Part shown: positions 55,190-64,000 of the stretch, piece after piece
How positions within the stretch are numbered: position 1 is the stretch's first letter
Layout of the letters: each line of letters opens with the position of its first letter
From: Limisphaerales bacterium
Lineage (GTDB): Bacteria > Verrucomicrobiota > Verrucomicrobiia > Limisphaerales > JAJOIW01
Reading direction: 5' to 3'
DNA length: 64,000 bases
NCBI GenBank assembly: GCA_965657355.1
Contig: CBFHOE010000003.1
Span: forward strand, 293,145 to 357,144
The notes under the pieces: generated by a model
Told to the model about the DNA's origin: nothing
What the model saw: the letters and a program-made list of their open reading frames with translations, nothing else
Databases searched by the model: none
Position numbers and translations under genes: made by a program

Positions 55190-57235
55190 TCAGTCCTTTA
55201 TACCCATAGATTGTTTTAGTTTCCAGACATGAAGATCTAGTAGTCTGGTTTTTTCATCTCCCGAAAACGTAATTGGTGTTCCCCTATCTACTGGAAAAAC
55301 ACGAGAGGTAATCGTTTGTAATCCATCATTGAGAAATATCTCAATTGAAGAATTATCGACCACTGCCTTCATATGGATACGTTTATTGGAGCCTTCCAAA
55401 GGAATTTGAGTTCGACTCGGGAATCGAGGGTGAAATGAAACATTTCCTGATTGTGATCTATCGAACTCAACCATCCTGCCCATATGATCAATTTCAAGAA
55501 TAGTCTTTTGAGTATTGTGGTTAAAAAATGAAATTCTAACTGGTTCGGTAGAATGCCTCGGCACAAGAGTAGCGGATACTTCAAATGGTGGCTGGAGATC
55601 GACAAATTGATTTTTGATAAATTGATTCGCTTCATTTACAGTTGCGTGATCTAAACTCTTGCCCGATCTTCTGAGGCCAAAAAATTCGGCGGGCAGTGAT
55701 TGTTGAAGTCGAAGGTTTTTCCCTTTTCCGGATACCACCCACTGACGCGGTAAGCTCATTGCGCTGCGCCAAGGCGCTACTGGTAGGTTATTTGCATATT
55801 CCCAATTGGACATCCAACCCAATGATAATCTTCTGCCATCTGATTCTGGTATGTCTGACCATGTCACTGTAGCATAATAATCTTTGCCGTAGTCCAGCCA
55901 CAGAGGTTTGTTGATATTGGTTATGGGCCTAAATGTCCTGCCATCAAATTTGCCAATAAAGTATTGTCCCCCTGAACCACCGGCATAACTCCCCGGATTA
56001 AGATTTACAATAAGAACCCAATGCTCATTGCCATCCCCATCTTGGAGCGGAAATAAGTCGGGGCATTCCCATATACCATCAATCGCACCTGCTGGTCCAA
56101 ACTCTGAAAGAAAAAGCCATTTTTTAAGGTCTTTGGATTTGTAGAAGACCACTTTTTTTTCTAGGGGAAGGCATACCGTCATAATCCAACATTTTTCATG
56201 GTCATACCAAATAACTTTTGGGTCCCTGAAGTTTTCCATCTTATGGTCCAATACCGGGTTCTTGTCATATTTAGTCCAGGTTCTGCCTTTATCCAAGCTG
56301 TAGGCAATATGTTGGTTTTGTAGTCCATGCCCCAGGTTCGTGTAATGGCCAGTGTAAATGGCAACCATTGGTGGGTGTGGATCTTTATTTTTCTGAAATC
56401 CGGTGGTGTTATTCCAATCAATGACTGCGCTCCCAGAAAATATCATGACACCATCCTCTTCGAGAAGTGCAACTGGGAGGTGCTTCCAATGAAATAAATC
56501 TGAGCTGACGGCGTGGCCCCAACTCATGTGTCCCCATTTTTGTCCAAACGGATTGTATTGATAAAAAAGATGGAATTCACCATCGTAATACACCATTCCA
56601 TTTGGGTCATTCATCCAATTGATTTGAGGTGTGAAGTGAATGCCTGGGCGCCAGATTTCTTTGTAATAGCCAATTGAAGAAGCGTATTCGTCTAAGCTCC
56701 AAGGTGTTTTACCTTTTTGTTTTGGGGTGTCACAAAAAATTATTTGATCAATATTGATATGGCCCCATCCATCTTTTTTTGAGTCTAGAATTCTTACCCT
56801 AGCCAGCTGCCCTTTAAGGTCTTTTACATTCCAGTTTTTCCAATCCAAAAATTCATCATCATTACCTGTTGCTGAGCGTACAATTTTATTATCTATCCAT
56901 AATTCTATGCAGGTTTGATTTACATGAGCTCCTCCACCAATTTTGAAAGAAATGTTGTCTTTGGAAATTGTGAATTCGCGAGACAATAGAGAACCGACAG
57001 ATTTATCCCCCTGAAAGAATGAGTTTACCAACCTCTTGCCGATAAAGCCTGTGACAGGATTTTGATTTTCCATGGTGCCCCTTGAAGGGGAATCTCCAAA
57101 AGCACTTCCCGTGATTTGCCAACCGTTGTAGATCCCCGATTCGAAGTTTTCAAAAACCTCATCTTCTGCTCGAAGGTCTTGACCGGTAAGACAGGTGGTG
57201 AAACAAATGCAAGAGAAGAGCTGACTAAGTTTCAT
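55190..57235 (-). CDS. Glycoside hydrolase family 32 (beta-fructofuranosidase/levanase-type) with an N-terminal lectin-like domain
   Basis: WMNDPNGMVYYDGEFHLFYQYNP is the GH32 nucleophile block. FRDPKV (RDP) and WECPDLF (EC) follow. A signal peptide is present. Confidence 0.9.
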   Translation of the reverse strand: MKLSQLFSCICFTTCLTGQDLRAEDEVFENFESGIYNGWQITGSAFGDSPSRGTMENQNPVTGFIGKRLVNSFFQGDKSVGSLLSREFTISKDNISFKIGGGAHVNQTCIELWIDNKIVRSATGNDDEFLDWKNWNVKDLKGQLARVRILDSKKDGWGHINIDQIIFCDTPKQKGKTPWSLDEYASSIGYYKEIWRPGIHFTPQINWMNDPNGMVYYDGEFHLFYQYNPFGQKWGHMSWGHAVSSDLFHWKHLPVALLEEDGVMIFSGSAVIDWNNTTGFQKNKDPHPPMVAIYTGHYTNLGHGLQNQHIAYSLDKGRTWTKYDKNPVLDHKMENFRDPKVIWYDHEKCWIMTVCLPLEKKVVFYKSKDLKKWLFLSEFGPAGAIDGIWECPDLFPLQDGDGNEHWVLIVNLNPGSYAGGSGGQYFIGKFDGRTFRPITNINKPLWLDYGKDYYATVTWSDIPESDGRRLSLGWMSNWEYANNLPVAPWRSAMSLPRQWVVSGKGKNLRLQQSLPAEFFGLRRSGKSLDHATVNEANQFIKNQFVDLQPPFEVSATLVPRHSTEPVRISFFNHNTQKTILEIDHMGRMVEFDRSQSGNVSFHPRFPSRTQIPLEGSNKRIHMKAVVDNSSIEIFLNDGLQTITSRVFPVDRGTPITFSGDEKTRLLDLHVWKLKQSMGIKD

Positions 57236-57374
57236 GGTGCCTCAAACTAGTATTGGAATCTAATTCTGACAAATCAAAACTAATGAGCTTCATAAGGTGG
57301 GAAAAATATGCAATTTTGCTTGCCATGATCTGGTGTTTAGCTGAACTTCAATGATTCTACCCCAGGTTAATAAT

Positions 57375-58148
57375 ATGAATAAAATTTTTGTCTTAATTGT
57401 CGTGTTTCTAGTCTGCAGTTTGAGCCAGGCCCAAGATAAACCAGGTTATCGTGATACTCCGACCATTCCCGGTCAAAAATGGAAAGTTCATGATCCTGAC
57501 AGGCCTCAACCCAATGTGGTTCAGCCAGGCAAATCATTCAGTGAAAATGCCAAGGCTCCATCCGATGCTCTCGTACTTTTTGATGGGTCCAATTTAGACA
57601 AATGGAGGGGTGGAAAATGGAAGGTTCAAGACGGCTTCATGGAAGTCACAAAAGGTCAGATTTCCACAGACCTTCCATGGAGGGATTTTCAACTTCACCT
57701 CGAGTGGGCATCACCTGCAGTTGTAAAGGGTAATAGTCAAGGTCGAGGTAATAGTGGTTTGTTTCTTCCTGGCCGGCATGAAATTCAAATTTTGGATAGT
57801 TTTGAAAATCCAACTTATCCTGACGGGTCGGCTGGGTCCTTATATGGCCAGTGGCCACCCCTAGTTAATGCCTCGCGTGGGCCTGGAAAATGGCAAACTT
57901 ACGATGTAATTTTCGAAGCCCCCAAATGGGACGCCAATGATAAACTTATTTCTCCAGGTTTCGTGACTCTTCTTCACAATGGTGTTTTGGTTCATCACAA
58001 GAAAGCATACAACGGGCCAACAAGTCACAAAAGGGCATCGGATTACAAACGCGTCCAAAACAGTCGCACGATCTCTTTGCAAGACCATGGTAACCCGATG
58101 AAGTTTAGAAATATTTGGGCCAGATCCATCGATGCATACGATAACTAA
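57375..58148 (+). CDS. DUF1080 (3-keto-disaccharide hydrolase-like) secreted protein
   Basis: The ATG at 57375 gives the signal peptide MNKIFVLIVVFLVCSLSQA. WKVQDGFMEV, NSGLFL...EIQILDS and ISLQDHGNPMKFRNIW are present. Confidence 0.85.
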   Translation: MNKIFVLIVVFLVCSLSQAQDKPGYRDTPTIPGQKWKVHDPDRPQPNVVQPGKSFSENAKAPSDALVLFDGSNLDKWRGGKWKVQDGFMEVTKGQISTDLPWRDFQLHLEWASPAVVKGNSQGRGNSGLFLPGRHEIQILDSFENPTYPDGSAGSLYGQWPPLVNASRGPGKWQTYDVIFEAPKWDANDKLISPGFVTLLHNGVLVHHKKAYNGPTSHKRASDYKRVQNSRTISLQDHGNPMKFRNIWARSIDAYDN

Positions 58149-58205
58149 TCTGTTCAAATTGGATAACGAGTCTTTTATTTCAATTTCTTAGCTGCATGAC
58201 TTGAA

Positions 58206-59759
58206 GTGAAAGGAACCGAGATAAACATATGTCAAAGGCCAATTTGGGAAAGACAAAGAATTCCAAATTGGTTTCTTTTTATATTCATATTCAGCCAATT
58301 AGCATTTTTCCAGGCACTCAAACTGAAGGGTGATCCCCCTAATATCGTTTTTATTATCGCGGATGATATGGAGTGGGATGATGCTGGTTGTTACGGGCAT
58401 TCTGTAGTCCGTACACCAAATCTGGATAAGATGGCGGCTGAGGGTATGCTGTTTAGCCATGGCTTTGTGACAAGTAGCTCATGTAGCCCAAGTAGAGCCA
58501 GCATAATCACTGGAAAATATCCCCATAATACTGGAGCAGAGGAACTTCATTGGCCTGTTCCTGCGGGTCAGAAGACTTTTGTTGAAGAGCTTAAAGAAAA
58601 TGGGTATTGGACGGGTGCCGCGGGCAAATGGCATTTGGGCGAGGCCATGAAGTCTCGCTTTGACGAGGTCATGGAAGTTGACACTTCAGGTTTCCAACTG
58701 CCTTCTGGTGAGAAAGGGTTATCAGGAAAGTTTAAACAAACATATCAAGGTGATGCTCGCAGTGGTTGCACCGATTGGATTCCATTGTTTAAAAAGCGGC
58801 CGAAAGGAAAGCCATTTTTTCTCTGGCTGGCAGCACTGGACCCACATCGTCCTTATGATAAAAATGCCATCCCCAATCCTCATAAACCAGAGGATGTGCT
58901 CATTTCTCCTTATCACCCTGATTTACCGTCGGTAAGAGAAGACTACGCTCTCTACTACGATGAAGTGACTCGATTGGATTTTTTTGTCGGGAAAGTTATC
59001 GATCAATTGAGTATTGAAGGATTGGAGCAAAATACTTTTATTTTATTTATTAGCGACAATGGCAAACCTTTTCCTCGAGATAAAACAACTCTCTATGATA
59101 GTGGAATAAGGTCCCCATGGATAATAAAATGGCCAAAAAATGTGCGGCCTGGAACGCGGAGTAAAAGCTTGGTGAGTTCGATTGATATTGCGCCGACTTT
59201 TCTGGACATAGCAGGCGTCAAACCTCATGAGCGATATTCAGGAAAGAGCATGCTCCCGTTGATAAAAAACCCAGATGATAAGATTCGAGAATACATCTTT
59301 GCGGAAAAAAATTGGCATGATTATGAAGATCACTCGCGAGCAGTTCGGGATAGTCGGTATAAACTGATTGTGAATAGTTACGTTGATTTACCCAATACCC
59401 CACCGGCTGACGCTGTGCGAAGTCCCATTTTTCAATCCATGTTAAAATTGTATAACGAAGGTAGTCTTGAAATTTCTAAACAACAGATCTTCCTGAAACC
59501 CAGGCCTGGTTTGGAGCTTTACGATACCAAAGTTGATCCCTTTGAACTTAATAATCTCGCCGGGCGTATTCCGTATCTTGAAATTCAGAAAAGACTATCT
59601 TTAGCATTAAATAAATGGGTTGCTGAAACGGGCGATTATGTTCCTAGTTTAAGGACAGCTGATGAGTTTGATCGTGAGACTGGCAAGCCGACGCCAGCCC
59701 GTGTTCGGCCACGTTTATCTAAAATCCAAATGCAGTCCAAAGGGTTGACGGCTCCTTGA
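58206..59759 (+). CDS. Sulfatase (S1 family; N-sulfoglucosamine/heparan-type)
   Basis: NIVFIIADDMEWDD, SSSCSPSRASIITGKY (CxPxR) and GKWHLG are present. The start codon is GTG. Confidence 0.9.
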   Translation: MKGTEINICQRPIWERQRIPNWFLFIFIFSQLAFFQALKLKGDPPNIVFIIADDMEWDDAGCYGHSVVRTPNLDKMAAEGMLFSHGFVTSSSCSPSRASIITGKYPHNTGAEELHWPVPAGQKTFVEELKENGYWTGAAGKWHLGEAMKSRFDEVMEVDTSGFQLPSGEKGLSGKFKQTYQGDARSGCTDWIPLFKKRPKGKPFFLWLAALDPHRPYDKNAIPNPHKPEDVLISPYHPDLPSVREDYALYYDEVTRLDFFVGKVIDQLSIEGLEQNTFILFISDNGKPFPRDKTTLYDSGIRSPWIIKWPKNVRPGTRSKSLVSSIDIAPTFLDIAGVKPHERYSGKSMLPLIKNPDDKIREYIFAEKNWHDYEDHSRAVRDSRYKLIVNSYVDLPNTPPADAVRSPIFQSMLKLYNEGSLEISKQQIFLKPRPGLELYDTKVDPFELNNLAGRIPYLEIQKRLSLALNKWVAETGDYVPSLRTADEFDRETGKPTPARVRPRLSKIQMQSKGLTAP

Positions 59760-59781
59760 TTAACATGAACATGCTGAAACA

Positions 59782-60120
59782 ATGATAAATTTAAAATGGC
59801 TTTCCCGGATTTTTTTTATAGCCCTTATTCACATTTTTTTGAGTTGCCAGACCAATCCCTTAAAAAGCGAAATTGGTAAAATGACATCCCAACAGGCGAA
59901 GCTAAGATTTGGATCACCTGATGAAACAAACCAGTTGCCTTCCGGATTTCTAGAACTTAGTTGGTTTATTTCATCTGAATTCGGAAGTTTGAGAAAGCAA
60001 GTCATGACATTTAATGACAAAGGGTTGCTCGCTGATGTAAGATCCTACTACGTAGGGGAAGTAACTCCTCCCCTTGGGCCCGTATTTACCGACAAATATG
60101 AACGATCTGTTCTTGAATAG
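59782..60120 (+). CDS. Small putative lipoprotein (hypothetical)
   Basis: The lipobox-like signal is IALIHIFLSCQ. The gene starts 22 nt after the sulfatase gene and ends 21 nt before the next gene. Confidence 0.45.
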   Translation: MINLKWLSRIFFIALIHIFLSCQTNPLKSEIGKMTSQQAKLRFGSPDETNQLPSGFLELSWFISSEFGSLRKQVMTFNDKGLLADVRSYYVGEVTPPLGPVFTDKYERSVLE

Positions 60121-60141
60121 AAACTGCTAAAAGAATTTCAA

Positions 60142-63100
60142 ATGAAACAAATACATATCGTTGCCTTCATACTTTTTTTATTTCCGAAAATCATATTTTC
60201 CCAATCAGATTCCGATCCAACCTTTCCAATAACAGCCGACGGTTTCACCGTCCAATTATTTGCCAGGGATCCAATGGTCCGCAATCCTTGCGCTATTACC
60301 TTTGACGCCCAGGGCCGGCTTACAGTGGGAATGGGACCTCAATACCGGAAACCAAAACCCGAGACTCCCGGCGACAGCGTTTATATATTGGAGGATACAA
60401 ACAATGATGGAGAGGCCGACCGAAAAATTGAATTTGCTACCGGATTCAACAACATACAAGGCTTATTGTGGGACCGGGATCAGCTCTACATTGCCAATGC
60501 TCCCGACTTCACAGTGGTTAGAGATATCGACAATGATGGTAAAGCTGATGTTTATACCAAACTGTATACTGATTTGGGCAATCTTGAGCACGGATTGCAT
60601 GGGCTCAACTGGGGGCCTGATGGGTATCTCTATATGTCAAAGGGTAATTCAAAAGGTTTAACCCAGCCCCCCAACAGGATCGCTCCAGGCCCCTTCCGTA
60701 AACTTTGGGGCATTGATGTCGATGGGCTTCCCGATTTTCCTGATCCCAAAACATACTCCGGGACTGAATACAAAAGGGCCTTTCATGATCCTTCCGACGA
60801 CTGGGGGAGGCAGGGAGGTATTTTGAGGTGTCAGCCCGATGGGAGCGGATTAGAGATCTTTGCTGCAGGATTCAGAAACCCGTGGGATATTGCCTTCGAT
60901 AGCTCCTTTAATTGGCTTGGAACGGATAATGACCAAAATTTAGGAGATAAGATATTTTCCCCTTTTTATGGTGCTCACTTTGGATGGGGGCACGAATGGA
61001 GTTCTGATTGGGCCGGTGAAAATCATCTGCCTACGTTACCTCGCAATGGGCCTTTATTCGAAGGCTCTGGGACAGGCGTTACTTGGTGGAACCCCGATGG
61101 TGTGCCCGATGAATACAAGGGCGTCTTTCTCATTAATGATTGGTTGACTCGGGAGGTCCTGGTTTACAAGCCCGAATGGGATGGTGCTCGTATGAGACCG
61201 AGTAAGACACCACTTGAAATTCTGGCGACAGCTGAAAGAGGAAGAGATATGTCGCGAAGCGATGGGAGAAGTTTTGATCCTGTCGATATAGAAATAGGAC
61301 CGGATGGCTCAATTTATATTTCAAGTTGGGGTCGTGAATATGGTGCTGTATTCAAAGATAATAAATTTTCCAATGAAGGCAGGATTTATAAATTAACTCA
61401 TTCCGATTTGAAAATGAGAAGTCCGGTTGTTCCTTCAAAGTTTACATCTCTTACCAATGATGCATTGATTGGATTGTTTGCTGACGAACATATCCAAGTT
61501 CGACTTAGGTTGCTCCAACAAGAACTCATAAAAAGGATCAAGAGTGGAGATCTTGAAGTTGCGAGTACCTTCGATCATGACCTTCCGGAGAAGACCAGGA
61601 CTTGGTTGATTCATGCGGCTTCTCTTGCCGGTGATACAACGTTTTTAAGAGGTGAATTGAATCGATCCAATCTATTGGATAAGAAGCGCGAACAAACTCT
61701 TATCCAGGTTATTCGTAGTTTATCCAAACAAGATTTCATAGATTCAAAAGTATTCTTCATGTCTGTTGTCGGCTCCGATTATAAACGTGTTTCCCATGAG
61801 ATATGTGTGGGGGTCCATCGGCATAAGCTCCCTTGGCACCAGCTGTTGGTTAAAGCCTTGTCAGAAGAAACCGACCGTTTGGTATATTACACTGCCTGGC
61901 GCGCGTTGGGTGAAATTTGTTCACAGAAGGAATTAATTGCTTACACCAAAGCAAGTCATCCAAGGGTCAGGTTAGGGGCTTTACTCGGTTTGCTTGAAGA
62001 GGATATGGGGTCTGACGAGGTCGTCTCTCACCTTACAAAAGACCCTGACTCAATTGTCGCTAATATCGCTAAGAAATGGATGTCAGGGAAGGATTCATAC
62101 GTCATTAAAGGAAAACCTTTATTGGTAAACTCTGCGTTGAAACCTGATGCCAAAGAGTCCAGAGAACTCTACACAGTTTTTATCAATGGCGCTCCGAAAA
62201 TTTATGCAAAACAAAGTTCAGGAGAATTTTCATGGAGCCTAGTAGAGGAAGGCGCTGAAACATACACGGACCGATCATATGCGCTGAAAAACGTGCCGGA
62301 AAAATTTTGCGGGATGTTACTTCTAAAGACTTCCAATGCAGACGATAGGAACAAGGATGTAAAATTGAATATGACAATAGACAAGAACGCCAGTCTCTAC
62401 GTCTGTCATGATAGACGCGTTCCGAAAAAGTATCACCCTCAATGGCTAAGGTCATTTAAAAAACTGGACCACATAATCACGAATGAGGATAGTGAGTTTG
62501 ACATATTTTACAAAGATGTCTCACCTGGAGAGATTGCTTTGGGAGCAAACTGGGAGGGCACAGAAAACCCGACTTGGTCACAAGCCCAATATTTTGTTTT
62601 TATGGATATTCCAGGGTTTACTGTGACTCGGAAAAAATCTGAAACTAATATCGAAGATTCTATCAAGCTTTTGGCAAGCGCTGACAAACAAAGAGGAAAG
62701 AATTTATTTTTTAACAGAGACGGCGCTGCTTGCGCAAAGTGTCACAGGCTTGAGGGTGTCGGGAATGCCTTTGCTCCAGATCTCAATGATATAGGTAAAA
62801 GAGTATCCGCCGAATTTATTGTCCAATCTATAATTGACCCCGATGCGCACATCACAGAGGGTTTTCATCAGTCAGTCATTGAGACTAAGGGCGGAGGTGT
62901 TTATTCAGGGATTTTGCTCAGCGAATCAGGTCGTAATGTCCGCGTGGCACTGATGAGTGGAGACTTGGTTTCCGTCCCAACCCTTGATATTTCATCGAGG
63001 ACTGTATTAAAGGCATCTGGAATGCCCTCGTATTTTAAGGCACTGCTTTCCTCGAGAGACGTGGCTGACATCACGGCGTATTTGCTTTCAGCTTCAACAG

Positions 63101-63969
63101 CTCAGAGCGATGTGATCGAAGGTGGTAGCTGGAGAATTGAGAAGTCTGCTGAAAAACTGGATATTTTCTACCAACGGAAATTGATTGCAACATATGTTAT
63201 GCAACATCCCAAATTAACACGGCCTGCTCTAGTGAATGTGCATACTTTATCAGGCGAGCCAGTGACCCGGAAGTTTCCCGCAGGACCAGATGCAGACCAT
63301 CAGTATATGCATCCTGGGTTATCCGTGAGCTTTGGCTGGATCAGTGGAAATGACTACTGGAGAATGAAATCTCCAGTCAATCACATTGGTTTTGTCAAGC
63401 AACCAGCTATTGAAAATGGAGTTCTAGAGTTTGAAGTGAAAAACGCTTATTTATCCAAGAACCAAAAGGCAACTATTTGTTTTGAACTTCTTAATCTGAA
63501 ATTAAAACCATTGAAAAAGGGGCAACTCCATGTTTCCTGGAACTCGAAATTCTACAACGACCAAAACTCGTTCATATTCGGTGATCAAGAGGAATCAGGT
63601 CTAGCTTTCCGCATTTCTGAGGATTTGAATGTTAAAAGTGGAAACGGAAGGATTACTAATGATATGGGTATGAGTAATGGTTCTGGGACTTGGGGAAAAC
63701 CCTTTTCTTGGATAGAATATTCCGGCATCCGAAATAAAAAGAGAATCGGAGCGATAATCAAGCCCAGGCCTACTAATCAAAGAAAGTGCTGGGCCCATAG
63801 CCGTGACTACGGAGTGTTAGTTGCCAATCCATTTCCAAGACAGGATCGAGAACAGAGGACTCCGCTCAGGCCAACTCAAATTGCCGAGAAATCCGTATAC
63901 GACCTGTCTTATGAGATGATCATATTCGAATCTTCCCCCGAGATTTTGGCGGACAGGGTTTGGAAATAA
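60142..63969 (+). CDS. 1275-aa multidomain protein: PVC-type membrane-bound dehydrogenase beta-propeller + HEAT repeats + cytochrome c (haem-binding) domain + PmoA-like (DUF6807) C-terminal domain
   Basis: The N-terminal part (VRNPCAITFDAQGRL...DTNNDGEADR...DIDNDGKADV...GLNWGPDGYLYMS) is the dehydrogenase domain. GKNLFFNRDGAACAKCHRLEG...ADITAYLLS is the haem-binding domain. The C-terminal DHQYMHPGLSVSFGWISGNDYWR resembles the PmoA-like family. Confidence 0.85.
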   Translation: MKQIHIVAFILFLFPKIIFSQSDSDPTFPITADGFTVQLFARDPMVRNPCAITFDAQGRLTVGMGPQYRKPKPETPGDSVYILEDTNNDGEADRKIEFATGFNNIQGLLWDRDQLYIANAPDFTVVRDIDNDGKADVYTKLYTDLGNLEHGLHGLNWGPDGYLYMSKGNSKGLTQPPNRIAPGPFRKLWGIDVDGLPDFPDPKTYSGTEYKRAFHDPSDDWGRQGGILRCQPDGSGLEIFAAGFRNPWDIAFDSSFNWLGTDNDQNLGDKIFSPFYGAHFGWGHEWSSDWAGENHLPTLPRNGPLFEGSGTGVTWWNPDGVPDEYKGVFLINDWLTREVLVYKPEWDGARMRPSKTPLEILATAERGRDMSRSDGRSFDPVDIEIGPDGSIYISSWGREYGAVFKDNKFSNEGRIYKLTHSDLKMRSPVVPSKFTSLTNDALIGLFADEHIQVRLRLLQQELIKRIKSGDLEVASTFDHDLPEKTRTWLIHAASLAGDTTFLRGELNRSNLLDKKREQTLIQVIRSLSKQDFIDSKVFFMSVVGSDYKRVSHEICVGVHRHKLPWHQLLVKALSEETDRLVYYTAWRALGEICSQKELIAYTKASHPRVRLGALLGLLEEDMGSDEVVSHLTKDPDSIVANIAKKWMSGKDSYVIKGKPLLVNSALKPDAKESRELYTVFINGAPKIYAKQSSGEFSWSLVEEGAETYTDRSYALKNVPEKFCGMLLLKTSNADDRNKDVKLNMTIDKNASLYVCHDRRVPKKYHPQWLRSFKKLDHIITNEDSEFDIFYKDVSPGEIALGANWEGTENPTWSQAQYFVFMDIPGFTVTRKKSETNIEDSIKLLASADKQRGKNLFFNRDGAACAKCHRLEGVGNAFAPDLNDIGKRVSAEFIVQSIIDPDAHITEGFHQSVIETKGGGVYSGILLSESGRNVRVALMSGDLVSVPTLDISSRTVLKASGMPSYFKALLSSRDVADITAYLLSASTAQSDVIEGGSWRIEKSAEKLDIFYQRKLIATYVMQHPKLTRPALVNVHTLSGEPVTRKFPAGPDADHQYMHPGLSVSFGWISGNDYWRMKSPVNHIGFVKQPAIENGVLEFEVKNAYLSKNQKATICFELLNLKLKPLKKGQLHVSWNSKFYNDQNSFIFGDQEESGLAFRISEDLNVKSGNGRITNDMGMSNGSGTWGKPFSWIEYSGIRNKKRIGAIIKPRPTNQRKCWAHSRDYGVLVANPFPRQDREQRTPLRPTQIAEKSVYDLSYEMIIFESSPEILADRVWK

Positions 63970-64000
63970 ATTATCTTATTTTAAATCGATTTTATATGAC

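Overview
This 64-kb chromosomal window is roughly 35-45% G+C by hand counts. Its gene content is typical of the PVC superphylum (Verrucomicrobiota, Lentisphaerota or Planctomycetota): PSCyt1/DUF1549/DUF1553 plus DUF1501 pairs, a DUF1559 prepilin-like H-X9-DG protein, several sulfatases, DUF1080, FG-GAP/ASPIC proteins and a Pirellula/Verrucomicrobium-type haem-binding dehydrogenase. All calls rest on motif recognition in the supplied translations; no database search was run.

Layout from left to right:
- 0.3-2.6 kb (-): tonB-like, exbB and exbD.
- 2.9-6.2 kb (+): a Ras-like MglA GTPase operon with two Roadblock/LC7 proteins, divergent from the TonB operon.
- 6.4-18.2 kb: secreted, glycan and envelope genes (sialate O-acetylesterase, Zn peptidase, a triple-FAS1 fasciclin protein, an OafA-type acyltransferase, a PhoD-like phosphatase).
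- 18.2-22.3 kb: a decayed, compositionally mosaic patch. It holds an intact, markedly GC-rich bacterial nitric-oxide synthase gene, a tyrosine-recombinase pseudogene, a 5'-truncated TolC-like gene and tRNA-Arg(CCT).
- 22.4-26.3 kb: a roughly 1290-codon FG-GAP/ASPIC-thioredoxin-TPR reading frame interrupted by a single in-frame TGA, followed by a SECIS-like hairpin.
- 26.3-27.8 kb: dksA/traR-like gene and rpmB.
- 27.9-32.1 kb: a three-gene extracytoplasmic redox cluster (octahaem lipoprotein cytochrome, a haem-domain/beta-barrel fusion, a Tat-exported Rieske protein).
- 32.1-36.5 kb: rdgB, a PSCyt1-LRR protein with 123-bp tandem repeats, a four-repeat Cys-rich protein and a hypothetical membrane protein.
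- 36.5-40.5 kb: a DUF1553/DUF1501 pair.
- 40.6-45.5 kb: housekeeping genes (SDR, asd, serA, a parvulin PPIase).
- 45.6-47.6 kb: an ApbE plus DUF2271 flavinylation pair.
- 47.7-64 kb: a polysaccharide/sulfated-glycan region (FAD oxidoreductase, Gfo/Idh/MocA, PIG-L deacetylase, NagB-like protein, two sulfatases, GH32, DUF1080, and a 1275-aa dehydrogenase/HEAT/cytochrome c/PmoA-like protein).

Several ORF-track starts were moved to internal ATG or TTG codons that expose signal peptides, lipoboxes or ribosome-binding sites.

The best candidates for something new are the cytochrome-porin-Rieske cluster, the UGA/SECIS-like recoding candidate, the foreign NOS gene and the MglA module.
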